Source: Priapulus caudatus | Lineage: Eukaryota | NCBI RefSeq assembly: GCF_000485595.1 | Contig: NW_014577080.1 | Span: 321,479 to 341,478 of the forward strand | Reading direction: 5' to 3' | DNA: 20,000 nucleotides | In this document: one piece after another, positions 1 to 11,880 of the stretch | Layout: the number at the start of each line of letters is the position of its first letter | Position numbering within the stretch: the stretch's first letter is position 1 | Notes under the pieces: model-generated | What the model was told of the DNA's origin: nothing | What the model saw: only the letters and a program-made list of their open reading frames with translations | Database searches by the model: none | Made by a program: the position numbers and the translations under genes

Positions 1-1159
1 TATCCATAAACATGACGAGAATAATACGTGAATGGGAGCGCTGCACGTTTGAATGTCATTTCCGGGCCGGTGTTTAACCAAACGTTGTTTGCACTGCGCA
101 CGTATTCGGACTCATTCATCATTCACAGTGGCAAGTGCTTGCAGACTTACATCAAGGCTGCGATCAAGAGATCGTGCCAGCAGGCAGGTCTTCATGACGG
201 CAAAAAATAATCTTTTGTCATATCTTTAGTCGTAGCAATGTCCATTGCTTGTTAATAGGGGCCTACACGGCGAAATAACTTTCTATAAATGGGTTTTTCG
301 TGTTATTTTATGTCGAGTCATGAGATCTTAGATTATGGCCTCGCTTATAATTATGTAGTACGTTAGGATACACTAATGTTGCTACGCTATTTTGAAATCT
401 GTTAAGTGTTTCCAGCTAGGAAATTGCATGAAAAAGCAAATTGTCGAAATCTGCCCAAACCCATTGTGTACCTCGAAGCTTCTCGACTAGCTCTTAAAAG
501 TAAAGAAATAACTTAGCTATGCATTGTTTTATGTTTTTTGTTTTCGTCACGTCCTTGCGGAAGCACGTTAATCCCACGATAAAAATATTTCTTTCATTAG
601 AATGTGAGTCTTGAAATTAAAATTAAAATAATTAGGAAACGTTAACATTTATAACGTGTTTATATATACTGTATGAAACCAGTGCGTACCCAAAACATTA
701 ATAGATTGATTTTTAGTCTTGGGTTGTTGTTAAAACAGTGCTCACGCTACTGAAGAATCTCCCTGAAGCAGACGTGTGCTAAACGGATATTTAATAGTAG
801 CCATGGTTTAGTTTCGACATTTGCTATAGTGAATCGTTAGTCGCCTAGACGCATACTGTAGTTATATGTTTATATCGGGGGTCTGGTAATGCTATTTAAG
901 ATGTTCTCTGGTAACGGGAGTGGTTATATTCATGTGTTTTTCATCAGTGAGCGAATATTAGTAGTCAATAGAAGTAATATCAGAGGGCCGTATAGTTTTT
1001 ACTAATTTTAAGCCAACTGAATAATTATGCCTAAACGTCTTCTTGCTCTCCATGTTCATAAGCATTACGCTGCCATTGAAGGTGACAGCTATAGTGCTGC
1101 GTTCTAGCACCAGACAGTTTGCAAGCACGTGAATACTTGTAAGGGCAGATGGAGAAAGG

Positions 1160-1270
1160 TGTTATTTTGTTAGTTGTTTATTTTGTTATCTTATTTGTTA
1201 TTTTGTTATTTTGTTATTTTGTTATTTTGTTAGTTGTTTATTAGTTAGTGTTATTTTTTTAGTTGTTATT
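1160..1270. repeat. Degenerate (TTATTTTG)n 8-bp tandem repeat
   Basis: Run of gttatttt units with variants such as gttagttg and tttattag. Confidence 0.85.
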
Positions 1271-1472
1271 CTGATGACTGTTCGCATTTTATTACTGTAA
1301 AAAAGGTTTTTATTTGGTTTCTATTTCTCTAAAATCCGTTTAGGGAAGGGTTTTGGGTCTCAGAGTAATTTGCTCAATTACATTAAATGTGACTGTATTA
1401 AAATATCTTATAGCAAATACTAAGTGGTACTGCCAGCTAATGCGTAGTAATTTCATAACTTTATGATATACC

Positions 1473-1477
<5 letters not shown>

Positions 1478-1525
<48 letters not shown>

Positions 1526-1939
1526 NNNNNNNNNNNNNNNNNNNNNNNNNNNNNNNNNNNNNNNNNNNNNNNNNNNNNNNNNNNNNNNNNNNNNNNNNNN
1601 NNNNNNNNNNNNNNNNNNNNNNNNNNNNNNNNNNNNNNNNNNNNNNNNNNNNNNNNNNNNNNNNNNNNNNNNNNNNNNNNNNNNNNNNNNNNNNNNNNNN
1701 NNNNNNNNNNNNNNNNNNNNNNNNNNNNNNNNNNNNNNNNNNNNNNNNNNNNNNNNNNNNNNNNNNNNNNNNNNNNNNNNNNNNNNNNNNNNNNNNNNNN
1801 NNNNNNNNNNNNNNNNNNNNNNNNNNNNNNNNNNNNNNNNNNNNNNNNNNNNNNNNNNNNNNNNNNNNNNNNNNNNNNNNNNNNNNNNNNNNNNNNNNNN
1901 NNNNNNNNNNNNNNNNNGCGCGTGTGTCGTGCGCGTGTG

Positions 1940-2009
<70 letters not shown>

Positions 2010-2010
2010 G
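1478..2010. repeat. (TC)n microsatellite, 392-N assembly gap, (GT)n microsatellite
   Basis: (TC)n 1478-1525; N 1526-1917; GC/GT-rich then pure (GT)n from about 1942 to 2010. Confidence 0.97.
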
Positions 2011-3134
2011 TTGAACCTCAGCATTATAATTATACTAGAAAATGCTCACAGTGGGTTGGGATTATGATATACATGGGATTTGTAGGATAAAAACCGAAAA
2101 GTAGGGTGCATGGACTAGTAGAGGGGGAACTGCTATGGAGTGCCACATTTGTAAGATTATTGGCTTCTAGATTTAGTTATCGATTCAGTTCGTCGAGTAT
2201 ATTGGAGCGTCTTATACATTAGAGGCATTACTGTTCTACGAATTGGTGAAATTGTATGTTTTGATATGATGATGCGTGATATCGTTGATGAGCTAATTAT
2301 CCACATGTTTTATACCCGGCTGCGGCTTTGATTGAGCGAATGACTTCTTATTTGTCTGTCGCATTAGCTACATTTGCCGAAAAAGTGATTCATTCACATT
2401 TCCTTGCAATCGGAATAAATAGGAATATATTATAATGATAGACAAATTGCTTTCCTGTTTCGTACCCATTAATGAGATGCTTATGAAGACTTAATTGTCG
2501 AAATAGCGCAATGGATGAGTTTTTCTCGGAATTAGTCTGTAGTTAAACTGTAGAAATGTGAAAATATATTTGGTTCTTTAGTGATTAATTCTGTAATATC
2601 GCACAATGTCTCAAGAAGGGGAAGAGAGCTCAGATTTATTTAGTAGTTTTTAGTTAATTTGTTTTCGGGTTAAAGAAAACTAAAAGTTTGATAATTAACA
2701 TGAATGAATTGGGCAGCAGTCAGGGTTTTATATGCTGGCTTTGCCTATATTAGTGTGCCTTGGTTAAATAAATTGCGAGTAGCAGTGTTGGAAATAGCAG
2801 CTCGTTCCCCAATCCGGGACTTGTAAATTTTGACGGATTTCACTATCGTTTATATAGAAACCAAAATAATAAAAGTCACCAGTGAATCGGTTTTCAGACT
2901 TATTTCCAGGACTGCAGTTGGCTTCCGGTTAAATCCGATTGCAGCCAATGAGCCCTGAATAAACATCGTGTTTGCAAATACAAACAGCAAGAAGCAGTGT
3001 ACTTGTAATTCATTGTGGTAATGTGTAAGTGCGACATACTTCACCTTCACCGTTATCTCAACAGCGCGAAAGCCTCTCCAGCATGTGTCGTATATACTTT
3101 ATACCAGCGAGTGTTGCAACTCTTGTACTTTTTC

Positions 3135-3135
<1 letters not shown>

Positions 3136-3224
<89 letters not shown>

Positions 3225-3312
3225 GTNNNNNNNNNNNNNNNNNNNNNNNNNNNNNNNNNNNNNNNNNNNNNNNNNNNNNNTGCGTGCGTGCGTGCGTGCG
3301 TGCGTGTATGTG
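3136..3312. repeat. (TG)n microsatellite, 54-N gap, (TGCG)n
   Basis: (TG)n 3136-3226; N 3227-3280; (TGCG)n from 3281. Confidence 0.97.
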
Positions 3313-3646
3313 TAAAGAATTTACATGGTTCGCATCATATTAAGAAGTAATTTTTTGTCATGTAAAAATACACCCAGTCACACACGCGCGCCCTCTTTGC
3401 TAGCATTTGTGTGGTGATGTGGCTTTTCGCGACGGCCCTTGCGTGGTGACGATGATCAGCTATACTATGGAGCTTGCGGTGTTCTGTAGTCATTATATAT
3501 TTACGGGTGCAATGTAATTGCTTCCTTTGGCTCTTTTCATCAGAGACTATTTGTTGGTGGCAGACACCCTGCTCGGTACACTTGTTACTCTAAGCCAATA
3601 TTTGGTCAACAATTTACGATGTTAGACTGGTTGTGAATATATACAT

Positions 3647-3861
3647 TTATGTATATGCACTTGTGATATTCGCAAATGAGCTGCTGGAACTCGGCTTGCT
3701 CATGAACTGCTGTCTTGATGGAGATAGTAATCTAGTAAAACGTGTATAATGCGCTCTGTTGGCACGATTGTCAGTATGAGTAGTCTTGATATCATGCACC
3801 AGCTGCAACACCTCTTCAAACGCTCTGCGTGTGTGTTTGCCAAGCAAAATGCCTCGCTCTA
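3647..3861 (-). CDS. Candidate terminal coding exon of an unidentified gene (ERGILLGKHTRRAFEEVLQLVHDIKTTH...NITSAYT*)
   Basis: Stop-free frame of about 70 codons in non-repetitive sequence, with a protein-like amphipathic N-terminal half. Preceded by ttgtag|tag (NAGNAG acceptor at 3863-3862); ends TAA 3649-3647. Weak polypyrimidine tract; no family recognised. Confidence 0.22.
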
Positions 3862-3959
3862 CTACAAGTTATGAGCGTTTCTGATAAAGTGCGATAAACT
3901 GTTATAATGCTGTTACCGACAGTAGGTACCAACCTTACTGTTACCAACAGTAATGAACT

Positions 3960-4012
3960 CGCGCGCACGCACGCGCACATGCACGCACGCACACGCGTGC
4001 GCGCCCGCACAC
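3960..4012. repeat. Degenerate (GCAC)n/(GC)n microsatellite
   Basis: gcgcgcacgcacgcgcacatgcacgcacgcacacgcgtgcgcgc. Confidence 0.85.
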
Positions 4013-5756
4013 GGGTTTTCTACAGTTACCCCCTATTTTTATTCTTCGTTTGTTTCTGTTAAAAATTATTTTAATATAATTATGTATTTTTTAATTAATA
4101 ATGCTTTTCATTTTGTTTTAGATTGACATGTTCATTTTCATGCCGTTTTAGTGCTGCTCGAATTTCTTTAATCATTGTTTAGTTTCTTTTTTATCTTATT
4201 TCAATTATCATATAAATCAAAGACAATCGAATATGGAAATGTGAAACTTGAATGACAAACACATAAACGGGATTAAAAGCTCCGTATATCATCATGAAAA
4301 ACATTCGTACCACGGATCGGACTAATTATGTATCATATCCGTTGAGAGAGATGCGCCAAATAAAACCATAATACTGCTAAACATTGGTTTATTACTATGT
4401 CCGTGGGCTAGTCACACATTCCGAGTCAGTATAGCTGGCTATTTAACCCATACTCATTAAAATATCAGCAACAAATTTGATTATGCCCACTCTATGAATG
4501 ATACACATTCTATTTCTTAATCTTTTCGTGTGTGTGGGTTAATTAAAATTCTACCACACTCGAAAATATTACATCGGTTTTAGCTCAATACACCATCTGC
4601 AATTGTACAGTATGGTGTATTCGATCAATTTTACAGTTTTTGAGAAATGCAAATCGTCGTCGCGTCAGTAATTGATAATGCATTGTTTGTTTTGCCTTTA
4701 TCCGTATAAATCTGCTAAAAACAAACATGCGCTGATGTTTCGAAAACTCACAAGGAATCAATTCGGCGTGAAAAATCACTTTCAGATCAATATTTCATTG
4801 CGCGAAACATCTGGCTTCGTACCGTATTTGGAATATGACGGCACGCGAGAGGCTTTTAATACTGTTGTAGATTATTGAGGCACCTTCGTGCATTTTGCAT
4901 GAACTCTCATCCTTTCGAATGCAGATAAAGTCTCTAGTAGATAGAAATACTCCAGCTGACTAGAAACATATTGCTGTTGAATTTTGTATAGCAGCCACAT
5001 ATGAAACCCCACAATTGAGCACTATAGGGTTTTACGCCTTTCAGAGGTAGCAAGTCACTTCCTATTTTTGGCCGCGTTCGAACTGATCTCCTATTGAATT
5101 TTTTGTAAATTGCAAAACTTGGTCTTCTGACCAAGGGAAATAAAGTAGCATTGAATAAAATATGGACCGAAAGCAATCTACATGCTAATTTGGGCTTGTA
5201 AAGGGTTGAAAAATCCCCCCTTGTTCCATGCTAATAGAAGGATACCATTGAAGATACCCTTAAGCGAAACCCATATATATCAGTGTTCCGAACTACGCCA
5301 CCATTTTGCAAGTAAGCACACATTTGTGCCCAGTTCAACTGTGCTTAGGGTTATTCATAATCTCTGTGTATTGCATGCAGCACTAAATATTCCGACGGGA
5401 TTCTTCATTGTTTCGCATCTAAACAGCTATAAAACTGAATGAGTCTAGTGTTAAACGAAAAAAATGAATTGATAGCAAGCTTCTATTCTAGCTCACGAAA
5501 TTGTGGGCATACGAAATTGCTTGAACCAGGCATATCGTTCGAATCATATCTCTGTCCGCCCGCGTAGGTGTGCTACACTCGGCTAAAATATCACGCTTGT
5601 ATATAGCCATATATATGAAGAATAAATCAAGTACAGTGACATTTTATGTCGAAAATTAATCGTGACCGCAGTGTATTCACAATAATTAACCTGCTCATCA
5701 GTGCAGTTACTACATCTCTGTTACTGCATTCGTACGTAACCGGAAACCCACAGCCA

Positions 5757-6375
5757 ATTACCTCTGCACCTACATCTATAGCAATCCTCACATCTGCACC
5801 TACACCTATAGCAATTCTCACATCTGCACCTACACCTATAGCTACACTTACATCTGCACCTACGCCTAGCTATCCTTACATGTGCACCTATACATTTCTA
5901 CAGGAGTCTATCTATTTTGATAGACTCCTGATTTCTACGATTACATATACACCTACGCACAATTACCATTACATATACACCTACGCACAATTACCATTAC
6001 ATGTGCACCTACGCACAATTACCATTACATATACACCTACGCACAATTACCATTACATATACACCTACGCACAATTACCATTACATATACACCTACGCAC
6101 AATTACCATTACATGTGCACCTACGCACAGTTACTATTACATGTGCACCTACATGCAATATTACCATCGCCTCTGCACCTATAAACACAGCTATTGTTAC
6201 TTCAGTATGTACACAGCTTCTATTACATCTGCACCTGGACAAAGTTAAAGTTACTTCTGCGGCTACACATACAGCTACCATTTCCCTGCAAGTAGACACA
6301 GCAATGATTGCCTCCACACGCATATAGGTACAATAACTTCTAGCACTCAGCTGCAATTACCGGCGCACCTACACA
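5757..6375. repeat. Compound minisatellite: 30-bp units (catctgcacctacacctatagcaattctca), seven 28-bp units (ttacatatacacctacgcacaattacca, 5941-6136) and degenerate 26-30-bp units
   Basis: Units read directly. 28-bp copies start at 5941, 5969, 5997, 6025, 6053, 6081 and 6109; 30-bp copies at 5761, 5791, 5821, 6137, 6167 and 6251. Shared core (g/a)cacctac. Confidence 0.95.
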
Positions 6376-6399
6376 TCAGACTATTTACTATTATATCCC

Positions 6400-6479
6400 T
6401 TACTCAACCCACAACTGTATTACTCAACCGTATTACTCAACTGTATTACTCAACCGTATTACTCAATCCACAACTGTAT
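6400..6479. repeat. 13-bp tandem repeat (tattactcaacYg)n
   Basis: About 4-5 copies, with the longer variant actcaaYccacaactgtat at both ends. Confidence 0.9.
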
Positions 6480-6612
6480 AACACCTATACATGCACTGGA
6501 ACGGAAGCACGCACACGCGCGCATGCACGGACGCAGGTGTACGTCACTAGCCCTACACATTTTTAATATACGTGTGTGTGTTCGCTCGTCGTGTGCGGAT
6601 GTTAAAGAGTAT

Positions 6613-6708
6613 CAGAAGTAGATAATAGGGAATTATAATTATAATTATANNNNNNNNNNATATAATATAAATATAATTATAATTATAATTCCCTATTATC
6701 TACTTCTG
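6613..6708. mobile_element. Foldback/TIR DNA transposon (P/Galileo-like), interior lost in an assembly gap
   Basis: Perfect 37-bp inverted repeats, 6613-6649 (cagaagtagataatagggaattataattataattata) and 6672-6708. Flanked by the direct repeat AGAGTAT at 6606-6612 and 6709-6715. Inner TIR is (TATAAT)n; 10-N gap at 6650-6659. Confidence 0.75.
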
Positions 6709-8775
6709 AGAGTATGAAAACGTTGTTGTAGCAATGTGGGATGAATGACGATGCATGTGCGTTAATGAAAATCCGCGTATCTGTTTGCTAGGTGCTTATT
6801 GCTTAGTGAGTTAGCGTCGCAGTTTCCACACTAGTCGAAAAAGCGCGAATATTTCATAATACCTTTTCGCTATCTTTACTTTATTTTATTCCACGATTTC
6901 TATCGGGATATTCAGCAAGTCATGGGTACTGCTTACTCGTGAATACTTTTTTACTAAATTTAGTTACAGGATTGCGTATAACATAGCAGCGACGCTAGCC
7001 GGTTATTAATCTCTTGAATTTATCTGCATAATGAACCTAATGAACCTTAGTGTATGTAAGGGATTTAATTACCTATAACATTCGAATAACAATTCATTGA
7101 TTGCATCACCTAATGTGCGAATACGTAGTGCACAGATGAATGTATGCATGTGAGCATGGGCATAGTAGTCTTGAACGAGAAAGAATTTATACATATGAAG
7201 TTATTATGGTCTTACACAAGTATAAGTAGCGCACACTTAAACGGGTAATCTGATGTGTGACACAAGTCAAGATAGAGCAGTTATTAGCGTGGTACACAGG
7301 TAGAAATGTATATTATCATTGTTATGGTATTGAGACTAGGTTGAAATACTTTCAATTCCTTCACATACGTATTCTTTTAAAGCCTTTGAGCAATGAGCGT
7401 TTATACATGTGATTACCACGCACTAAATTATGCACTCACGTACGCACGCACGCAACATCAGAACGGCCCAATATAGGCATGAAAGCATAAAATATCAGAC
7501 ATTATTTGAAATATTTTACTTTCTCAGTTGTGTGCGTTGTCTCATATAAAACTTCACAACAACAAAAACACTCGACAAATGCTCATCAAGAATCGTAATA
7601 ACACGTTGAAATTGGTAAGCATCAGGTTGAACCAGGCGAATAGAAGCGAGACTCGGTTTGATTCTCGGCACACCAAGCTTGTCCGGCAATCTCACAAAAA
7701 TCGTCGTTAACCGCCCTTCCAAATGCGGCAAATTGAAGTGATGAACTGGTTACGTTTGCGCGATTTCCGAACCTACAGTTCCTGTCTATTCATTCCTCTT
7801 GACATTCCGAAGTTATGTGCAGTTGAATTATATATTCTGTGCTGTTGTTGTCACCAAATCTCACACTAGCGGTGTACGTGTGGAGGGGCTATAGTATACG
7901 TACTCACGGAATTATCCCTCCATTGATGCCTGCTCAGAAATTAGATGGGCCGTGACACACTTTGGCACTTTTGTTAATCGGCCTAATGACTTGCCATTTT
8001 TGCTGCCGCGGGCAGCTGGCAGACCATAAGAGATTAGGCAACGCGAGTGCATAATAAGATCTTGTTAGGCACTTGATTACAGTGACATTAAATTTCGATA
8101 ACTATGAGTATGGCTCTCTCACACGGCCTCGTCAGCTGGCTCTTCCTCCGCCAGGAATGGCTTCATTAGAGGGTTTCCCTCCCTCCCAGCAAAGATAATG
8201 ATGTCTAGATTGAAATTCCGGCCATGTACGGTTATTAAAATACGGTATGAGCCACCAGGGATAAGGCACATGGCGGGTGCTATACAGCGAGTATAATTAT
8301 GCTCGTCTCCTCTGCGTATAGTAGTTACACGCGTGGCACGGCATCGGTATAGGTCGAGCGTACGTGGTGCTGTTACCGAGTCTCGACAAAAAGTCTACAG
8401 TACAGAAGTACGTCGTGCTTCGCTTCGTGTTGGAGCAGGTAATTAACTTTCGTCGTTGCGAGAAGTGAAGTCAGAAAATCAGAAGCAATTTCTTGAAATT
8501 TAGAGCGTTTGTAGGTATAAGGAAAGCGCGTCGCGCGGTTAGTTATAGTCTGTGAATCTCGACGATGCGCGAGTTTTTTCCCCTAAATTAGTTACGCATG
8601 GTTATCCTCGTTATTTCATGTTGCGTACAGTCTCTGTTTGACATGCGATCGCGCCAAGACGCCGCGTTCCACCAGATGAACCCTTTATATTATTATTATT
8701 ATAATAGCATGTCACTAGGAGACTAGAGACGCGCCTCCATGCTACGTTAGTTCACCAGCAATAGTCTCTGTTTGA

Positions 8776-8877
8776 TATATCTATATCTATATCTATCTAT
8801 ATCTATATCTATATCCTATCTGATATATATGTATATATATATGATATATAAATAATATATATATATAATATATATAT
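8776..8877. repeat. (TATATC)n/(TA)n microsatellite
   Basis: tatatctatatctatatc... grading into (TA)n. Confidence 0.9.
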
Positions 8878-9370
8878 GCCAAATATGTTCGCCTGATCCG
8901 CGTGATCAACTGCAGCCGAGAATTGGGGTAATCACGGTACTTACATCGCTCCTCACTCACGTAATCAATTCCGCGAGCCTTGCGGCCTAAAGCGCTGTCA
9001 ACAGCAGCCCACCTTAGTCAGCGAGATTTTTGATTGAACCACTTAGCTACGAACAACTATTCTGTGCGTAGAGTAATGTGAAGGCCAACCGTGTGTAGGT
9101 GACAGCGCGTGCTTGCTGGCTACGCATGCATGCAAACATTTCCGCGGCCCTTTCACGCTGAGCACAGACTGTCGCCGCTCAGGATTTCGTTGAGTAATAT
9201 GCTGCTTAATTGGGAAAGTTTGACGGACGATAAAAAAAGGGCGTTATCCATAATGTTCTGGCTGTATCTCGCGAAGCTTTAATGTGGGAACTCTCATAGA
9301 GAGGATCAGCAATTGTATCAACCTCTCTCTCTTCTCTGTAGAAATCCAGGGAGAAGAATGGTAAACATAC

Positions 9371-9406
9371 GAGAGAGAGAGAGAGAGATATCGACACGCG
9401 CAAGAG

Positions 9407-9461
<55 letters not shown>

Positions 9462-9536
9462 TAGACAAAAGGGGGGAGATAGAGAGAGCGAAAGATAAAA
9501 AGAGGGAGAGAGTGCGAACTAGAAAGAGGGAGAGAA
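9371..9536. repeat. (GA)n microsatellite and purine-rich tract
   Basis: Interrupted (GA)n 9371-9456, then degenerate GA-rich sequence. Confidence 0.95.
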
Positions 9537-10059
9537 TGAGTGAGCGCGCTCACTCAGTCGTTCGCAGTGAACGAACAATCAGGCTATCGCATTCACCAGC
9601 GGTGTTTTTGTGTGTAAAATCGTTACAAGTGAATGTGTGTATTTTTCGTTACGTTATTTGCACTCTAAAAGCGAGCCACATCAAGCATACCATAATCTAT
9701 CTGCTTATTCTCCACTAGCACCATACACGTAGGCAGCGGTTGCTGTGCAGGCTATTCAAGCCCTCGCTATGGTTATGTAAGCGCTTATATATATATATGA
9801 ATGCACGTGCTACTACTTCGCAGTGCCGTACCGACATTGTAATTATACTCGGCAGCTGCTCGGTAAGATAGTGATACACTAAAGATGCAATCTAGGGATC
9901 AATAATATGGCTTGATTATTTTGGCTAACTATAGTGGAGCTTTTTCATTTGCTTTGCGTAGTAATTGGTGAATCGTTGTGCGCGCTGCGCGCTGCAATAA
10001 ACTGTAGCCGTTATTTAAATCGTGAAAGCATATTATAGCTAGCAGGAAAAGTAGCAAAT

Positions 10060-10535
10060 TTTTGCGAACTTCTAGCAGAAATTGTTTCCAGCATGTAGTA
10101 TGGATTGTTGCTAACACGTAACGTGAACGGTTGCCGACCAATAGTGGGGGTTATTGCCAGCGCATAGTAGGAATTGCAATATGAAAGTTGTAGAATATGA
10201 ATTGTAACACATAGTATAGAAATTGTAACATGAAATGTAGAAATGGTAGCAGAAGTGAATAAAAGCAAATAACTGGTGACAAAAACAGGAGTGAATATTT
10301 AATAACATTCATAAGTGAGAAAAAAAACAAATAACTAGTAGTAAAAACAATGAATACTATAATACATAGTATAGGAATTGCAACATGGAAAATAGAAACT
10401 GTTAAACACAGTATATAGGAACATGTGGTGTGTGAATAGTAACATATCGTAGGAATTGTTGTTTACATATGGTAATTGAGTTGGTGTAGTTCTGTAGTTG
10501 CTAGCAAGTAGACTTATTGGCTAACACGTAATCGG
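10060..10535. repeat. Old, degenerate, internally repeated A-rich block
   Basis: catagt(at)aggaattgYaa at about 10163, 10210 and 10365; agtga..aaaacaaataact.gt...aaaaaca at about 10254 and 10314; gctaacacgtaa at about 10110 and 10520. Confidence 0.65.
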
Positions 10536-10686
10536 AATTATTGATTAGACAAGATTCAGATTCTTATCTAATCATAAAAATGGAAGAATTTGCATTCAAT
10601 GATTGCTCCGAATATGATAACGAAATATTTGTGTAGGAGGATATTCCTGTGAACACAAACATATATATGCGCCTACAAACACGCTT

Positions 10687-10754
10687 ATAGCTAAAATAGT
10701 TTAAATAGCTAAAATAGCAAAAAAAAAATAGCGAATATAGCTAAAATAACTAGC
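10687..10754. repeat. Degenerate 10-bp repeat (atagctaaa[a])n
   Basis: atagctaaaatagtttaaatagctaaaatagcaaaaaaaaaatagcgaatatagctaaaata. Confidence 0.8.
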
Positions 10755-11682
10755 GTAAAATCCTATATTTATCCTATTGATATATTATGTGTAAATGACC
10801 AAAATTCAAATAACTTCAGGCGATTGGTGGACGCTAATTCTACTGCCGTTAGAATGCCCTCATGGCTGCTTACAAGTCTAGGTCGCAACGTGACGAAGAG
10901 CTCCCGGGGTAAAATACGTACCGTCGAGTATCGTTATGAAGTGACACTCAAGTTTTACGTGCGAAGGGGGAGCTGTCAGAGCGTGTGATCAATATTGGTT
11001 GAATGTGGAACCGCGTTCTAGTAGGCCTGTCCATTTCTGTAAACGTCTCGCTTAAGTGCTCATTAAGTTATCTCACATTCGCTAGCATTTATGTAGTCAT
11101 ATTAAAGGCAGTTTGGGGCGGCCGTCGCGGACAATAAAAAAAGTCAGTAGATTTATGTAGATACACGTATACATGCACCGATCGTAAATTTAAACTTTAA
11201 GCGATATTCACGCGTACATGCTATATATGATAATCTGCGGTGGATGTAGCATGCCCACACAAACCAGATGCTTTGTTTTACTTGCATGTCTTTTTGGTCA
11301 ACTCTTTGTCTGGTGAGGCCCGGAATAACCCCCCAAGTTGTGCCAGTTAACACGCTCCCTTTTTGTTAAAATTACATCTTACTATTACTAGTAACCACAG
11401 TTTGCATGCTAGGTCTTTGTAACGCAAAGAATACGCACGTTTATTCACGATTTTATATGATAGCCGTCATTTTTACTGTACACGTGCATGCATTTGTTGA
11501 TAGAAAATTTTGTTGAAAACTTTGAATAATTGCACTCCATCGCTATATAAGAGGTATATATGTGCGACCACCCTACGTAAGCCATTCCTATTTTACGCCC
11601 TCCCATTTGTATAGTTTGCTGACAACTTTTCCTCTTTCCACGTTTTCCGACATCAGTTTCCTCCCTTATAGCCCACTCTGCA

Positions 11683-11880
11683 CTCACCCTCCTCCCTTAT
11701 TGCCAGCTTCCCGCTCGCCCTCCTCGCTTAGTGCTAACTCTATCCTCGCCTTCCTCTTGCCGTCGCACTCGGCATCCTCCTCCTATTTGCTAACTTTTAT
11801 CGCGCCCTCTTCTTACTGTTAACTTTCCACTCGCCCTTTTCTCTTATTGCTAACTTTTACCGCGTCCTCCTCTTGTCAAC
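11683..11880. repeat. Degenerate pyrimidine-rich minisatellite of about 30 bp
   Basis: About 7 units of consensus tcgccctcctc(n)cttattgctaactttYaYc, followed by a poly-C run at 11880-11891. Confidence 0.75.

Noticed and set aside
2155..2331. Open frame containing LVIDSV (RecA/Rad51 Walker B-like)
   Set aside because: No Walker A or other family context; a single short motif.
3544..3636. RLFVGG (RRM RNP2-like) after a good + acceptor, and YLLVADTLLG (GPCR TM2-like) in another frame
   Set aside because: Short motif matches only; the following residues do not fit either fold and both frames stop quickly.
5941..6136. 28-bp repeats as a CRISPR array
   Set aside because: Units are head-to-tail with no unique spacers, no cas genes are present and the context is eukaryotic.
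8090..8136. Minus-strand CTGACGA-GGC...GCC hammerhead-like start
   Set aside because: GAAA does not follow stem II directly and no stems I or III form.
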